From Candidatus Acidiferrales bacterium (GTDB lineage: Bacteria; Acidobacteriota; Terriglobia; Acidiferrales; UBA7541), in contig CAWFNI010000015.1 in assembly GCA_963817085.1 (NCBI GenBank), forward strand, positions 145,809 to 209,808: DNA of 64,000 nt. Reading direction: 5' to 3'. How positions within the stretch are numbered: the first letter of the stretch is position 1; each line of letters opens with the position of its first letter. This document shows, one piece after another, positions 60,060 to 64,000 of the stretch. The translations under genes and the position numbers were made by a program. The notes beneath the pieces were generated by a model. The model did no database searches, had not been told where the DNA came from, and was given only the letters and a program-made list of their open reading frames with translations.

Positions 60060-61601
60060 CTAATTGAGCAACTCGATGGGAACGCCGGCACGACCGAGGA
60101 AGAAGCCGGGGCGCGCGGAGGTGGGCTTGCCACTGTCCCAGACGAGGACGCCATTGACGAAAACTTTTTCGATGCCCGCGGGGAGCGCGGCGGGATCGGC
60201 GTAAGTGGAGCGGTCGATGACGGTGTCGGGGTTGAAGAGCACGAAATCGGCGAAGGCGCCCTCGCGGATGACACCGCGATCTTTCCAGCCAAGCCGCTGG
60301 GCGGGAAGCGAAGTCATTTTGCGGATGGCTTCGGGCAGCGTGAGCCAATGTTTTTCCCGGACGTACACGCCAAGGACGCGCGGGAACGTGCCGGCGCCAC
60401 GCGGATGATCATTGGCGATGCCGCCATCGCTCGCGACCATCACCCAAGGCTGCTGGTAGAAGGCCTTGATGTCTGATTCGATCATCGACTGGCAGATGAT
60501 GAGGGCTTCGGAGTTGGCAGCGTCCCCTTCGCGGACCAGCCGGATAAACATCTCGACATCGGAAATGTGAGCGGATCTTGCGAGGTCGGCGATGGTGTGG
60601 CCGGCGTAGGCGGGATTCGGCGTGAACTGGGCGATGGTCGCGTGCGAAGCGCCGCCGACATCGGCCAGGGCTTTGGCGACGCTTTTTGGGTTTTCGTACT
60701 GCTTATCCGGGACGAGGACTTTGAGGTTGGAGTGCCATGCATCGTAGGGATAGCAATCGGCCAGGAAATCGACACCGCGCTTGCGGGCGTCTTCAATCAC
60801 CTTGATGTAAGCGGCGGCCTTGCCCTGAACGCTGATGGTGCCGAGCTTGATGTGAGAGTGCTCAACGGGGATATGCGCGCGTTCGGCGATGTTAATTTCC
60901 TCGTGGAGGGCATCAAAGGATTTGTCGGCTTCGTCGCGGATGTGAGTCATGTAGATGCCGCCGCGTTCGGCGGCGATTTTGGCGAGTGCGACAAGCTCGT
61001 CGGTGCTGGCGTAGCTGCCGACTTCGTATTCGAGGCCGGAGGAGAGGCCTTGCGCCTGCTGATTCATGGCCTGGCCGAGAAGCTGCCGCATTTGAAAAAT
61101 TTCATCGGGAGTGGCGGCGCGCTTGTAATCCTTGCCCATGACCTGCTCGCGGATGGTGGCGTGTCCCGCGAAAAGGGCGAAGTTTGGAGCGGTGTGGAGC
61201 TGCTGAACGGAACGCACCCAATTGATGAGAGGCCAGGGGGACTCGCCATCGGGGCCCACGACGACAGTAGTAATGCCCTGGGCGATCTGGGTTTCGGCGA
61301 GGGGGTCCTGGAGGAGGCCCTGTTCGGAATGATTGTGAATATCGATGAACCCGGGGGCCAGGACGAGGCCCTTGGCGTCAAGGGTGGGCTCACCTTTTTC
61401 GGGATCCAGCTCACCGATGCCGATGATGTGCATGTAGGCGACGCGGACATTGGCCCTGCGGAGGGGCGCGCCGGTACCGTCGGCGAGTCGGGCGTTCACG
61501 ATGAGAAACGACGAAGGCTTCTGCTCGGAGAACAGTGGCGAGAGGGCAAGCGCGGAGAGCGCACACGACAGAAGAATCACGGCAACTTTGCGGCGAATCA
61601 T
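60060..61601 (-). CDS. N-acyl-D-amino-acid deacylase (amidohydrolase), secreted
   Basis: APGFIDIHNH, QGITT, THIRDE, SHIK, SDG..HPRGAGTFPR, KMTSLPA. Confidence 0.92.
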   Translation of the reverse strand: MIRRKVAVILLSCALSALALSPLFSEQKPSSFLIVNARLADGTGAPLRRANVRVAYMHIIGIGELDPEKGEPTLDAKGLVLAPGFIDIHNHSEQGLLQDPLAETQIAQGITTVVVGPDGESPWPLINWVRSVQQLHTAPNFALFAGHATIREQVMGKDYKRAATPDEIFQMRQLLGQAMNQQAQGLSSGLEYEVGSYASTDELVALAKIAAERGGIYMTHIRDEADKSFDALHEEINIAERAHIPVEHSHIKLGTISVQGKAAAYIKVIEDARKRGVDFLADCYPYDAWHSNLKVLVPDKQYENPKSVAKALADVGGASHATIAQFTPNPAYAGHTIADLARSAHISDVEMFIRLVREGDAANSEALIICQSMIESDIKAFYQQPWVMVASDGGIANDHPRGAGTFPRVLGVYVREKHWLTLPEAIRKMTSLPAQRLGWKDRGVIREGAFADFVLFNPDTVIDRSTYADPAALPAGIEKVFVNGVLVWDSGKPTSARPGFFLGRAGVPIELLN

Positions 61602-62099
61602 GACATCAGAATCCTATTGTGGAGACGACCATGGTGCGCTTCTGATTCTATCGCATTGGCCAGGCGTGCCAGGAGGCGCGTAATCAACCTGACACAGGGG
61701 CCTCCCCAACGAACAGCCGAGATGAATAGCGCAGGAAAGAATCGTGGCGCGCTGGAGTTGGCGGTGCACCTCAAAAGGTGGACCCTGCGGAAAGAGGAAC
61801 AAGGCAGGAAGAGCGGGGGCCAAGCAATCTGGAGAGAGTCCAGCAGACCCAGGCAAATTCGGCCCTTTCTTAAGTAAAGAACTGAAAAGGGCGGAGGGTG
61901 TTTCCCGAGCGAAAGCGCAAATTTCTTCCGTATCAAGAACTTTGTACTTGCCAGAAATGAGGGAGGTCTCTATGCTGACCGACGATTCAGTTCTGGAAAT
62001 TCCGGATAGCGAGGAGCTAGTACATCCGGGCGGGGCTCGATAAGGTATTGGAAGGCTTCAAAACACCAGGGAATACGAACGCTCTTAGGGGGAATCGCC

Positions 62100-64000
62100 A
62101 TGAGGAACACGCTCATCCTCACCACGGTTGTTCTTGTCTTTGTTGTCGCCGGTTGCGGCGGCGGTTCTTCCGGAGGCGGCCAACAACCTATTTCGGTAAG
62201 TTTTCTGGCGGCGCCGCCAACGACGATGACCTTGGGCGCAACGGCGAGCGTGTCTGCCACAGTGTTGAATGATTCCGCGGCCAAGGGAGTGACGTGGAGC
62301 TGCGCACCGTCTGGAACGTGCGGCAGCTTCAGCGCGACGACGACGGCCAGCGGGGCGGCGACGACGTATACAGCGCCCATGACGGCTCCGGCTGGGGGCA
62401 ACGTCACGATCACGGCGACCTCTGTATCGGACAGCAGCAAGTTCGCGGCGGGGACGGTTTCCTTGGGAATTTCGGTAGCCTTTGCGACAGCGCCGCCCGC
62501 CACTCTGGCGATATCGGGAACCGCAAATATCTCCGCGACAGTAACAAATGACCCGGCAAACGGGGGCGTAACGTGGAGTTGCACGCCGAATACTCCAGCG
62601 GGAGCTTGCGGAATCTTCACTCCTGCGACCACAGCGAGCGGAGCGACAACCGTGTATACGGCGCCTGCAGCCATCCCCACTGGTGGAAGCGTTACGATCA
62701 CGGCGACCTCGGTTAGCGACACCAACCAGACGAAAAGCGTGACCGTGACGATTACCGGGCCGGTGATCACGATTACGCTGACGACACCGCCGCCGGCGAC
62801 AATGCAGACCGGCGGAACCGCGTCGATCGCGGCGACGACGACCAATGATCCAGCAGCTCTGCCGGTGGTATGGAGTTGCGCGCCGAGCGGTTCTTGCGGC
62901 TCATTCAGCGTGACGCCTACCGCAAGTGGAGCGGCCACGGTGTACACCGCGCCGGCTTCTGTCCCGACGGGAGGGAGCGTCACGATTACCGCGACGTCGT
63001 TTACAGATGCGGCGAAGACGGCGCCAGCGACGGTGATGATTACGAAGCCCGCCACGGTGGCCATGCTGAATGGCAGGTACGCTTTCCTAATCCAGGCGCC
63101 AACGAGCACTCGCGGCACTACAGCGTTTGTGGGCAGCGTGCAATTGGATGGCGCCGGGAACGTATTCGGTGGAATGGAAGATATCGTTGCGACGCTGTAC
63201 AACGACCAGGCAGATCCGATTTTGGCCACGACCGCGGGGCCAGGCCCCATTCCGGACGCTTCCTATTATACCGTTGACGCAAGCGGACACGGGACCTTGC
63301 GCATGAAGACCAACCATGGGGAAACCCTGGATTTGCGTTTTGTATTGACCTCGGCCTCGCATGCGCAGGTGATCGAGGCCGCCGGCAATCCCGGAAGCGG
63401 GAGCCTCGATCTCCAGGAGGCTACCTTTGCCGCGAGCCAGATTACGGGCCCGTATGCGTTTACATTGGACGGGGTCAACACCTTGAATCCGCCTACGGAG
63501 AATAAATCGTTCGGCGGTGTTTTTGCGGCAGATGGCACTTCCAGTTTGACCAGCGTTACGCTGGATAGGAATACAAACGGCGTGATGCTTACGCAATCGA
63601 CCTCAGGGAGTTTTTCAGTGCCGGATGCCAACGGGCGCGGGACTGTGAACTTCTTTCCCCCCGTGGGGCGGCAGTTTATTTATTACATGGTTTCCGGCAA
63701 GGTGCTGAGGCTCATTGAAAACGACAATATGGATTACATGGGAGGTAGCGCGTACGCACAGGGCGCCGCGGCGATCACGCTGTCTGGAAACTATGTGTAC
63801 CAGCATTCGGGGTGGAACTCGACAGGGCGAACGGTAGCCGCGGGGCAGTTTGCGGCGACAACGGCCGGGGCCATATCGGGCGGGGTATCGGATGCGAATG
63901 CGGGAGGCGGCGCGCCGACCACGCATACAGCGAGCACCACCGGGAGCGGCAACTATATGCTCACGAAGAGCTCCACGGACAATACGGTGAGCGGCAGCTT
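62100..64000 (+). CDS. Large Thr-rich lipoprotein with three Ig-like repeats then beta-rich repeats; partial, runs off the right edge
   Basis: MRNTLILTTVVLVFVVAGC lipobox; three repeats of ND..GVTWSC..CG.F...TASGA...YTAP...VTITATS; then LNGRYAF, ITGPYAF and LSGNYVY repeats. Absent from the ORF track. Confidence 0.82.
   Translation, partial: MRNTLILTTVVLVFVVAGCGGGSSGGGQQPISVSFLAAPPTTMTLGATASVSATVLNDSAAKGVTWSCAPSGTCGSFSATTTASGAATTYTAPMTAPAGGNVTITATSVSDSSKFAAGTVSLGISVAFATAPPATLAISGTANISATVTNDPANGGVTWSCTPNTPAGACGIFTPATTASGATTVYTAPAAIPTGGSVTITATSVSDTNQTKSVTVTITGPVITITLTTPPPATMQTGGTASIAATTTNDPAALPVVWSCAPSGSCGSFSVTPTASGAATVYTAPASVPTGGSVTITATSFTDAAKTAPATVMITKPATVAMLNGRYAFLIQAPTSTRGTTAFVGSVQLDGAGNVFGGMEDIVATLYNDQADPILATTAGPGPIPDASYYTVDASGHGTLRMKTNHGETLDLRFVLTSASHAQVIEAAGNPGSGSLDLQEATFAASQITGPYAFTLDGVNTLNPPTENKSFGGVFAADGTSSLTSVTLDRNTNGVMLTQSTSGSFSVPDANGRGTVNFFPPVGRQFIYYMVSGKVLRLIENDNMDYMGGSAYAQGAAAITLSGNYVYQHSGWNSTGRTVAAGQFAATTAGAISGGVSDANAGGGAPTTHTASTTGSGNYMLTKSSTDNTVSGS

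Noticed and set aside
61850-61960. GGCAAA...GCGCAAA suggesting a c-di-GMP-I riboswitch before the lipoprotein
   Set aside because: The spacing is too long, and no GNRA-capped P2 or tetraloop receptor was found

Overview
GC-rich (roughly 60% by eye) bacterial chromosome segment with about 57 genes. The gene repertoire (STAS anti-anti-sigma factor, Ser/Thr kinase-TolB-TPR, DUF6152/DUF6644 pair, Thr-rich Ig-like lipoprotein, REP-like intergenic elements) suggests Acidobacteriota, which is an inference. Left to right: a partial multi-GAF membrane sensor; gltX; a ccdA-tlpA-cyaY-dsbD(alpha) thiol-redox operon; a coupled lipid head-group trio (CDP-alcohol phosphotransferase, HAD-IB, Aur1/PAP2); lptD-amidase; a ~22 kb surface-glycan region (epimerase, two nucleotide-sugar dehydrogenases, UDP-GlcA decarboxylase, CpsB phosphatase, WecA, GT4s, GGR-like reductase) ending in a GT-GT-transglutaminase-like-AsnB-carbamoyltransferase-agmatinase unit; signalling and secreted hydrolase genes; a ceruloplasmin-like two-domain multicopper oxidase; an MBL-PilZ fusion; a repeat-rich intergenic tract holding a ~65-codon fragment resembling the antiviral reverse transcriptase Drt3b; and a partial large Ig-repeat lipoprotein. 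No rRNA, tRNA, CRISPR array or intact transposase was seen. Clustered single-base frameshifts in six genes are more likely sequencing errors than pseudogenes. All family assignments come from motif recognition, not database searches.
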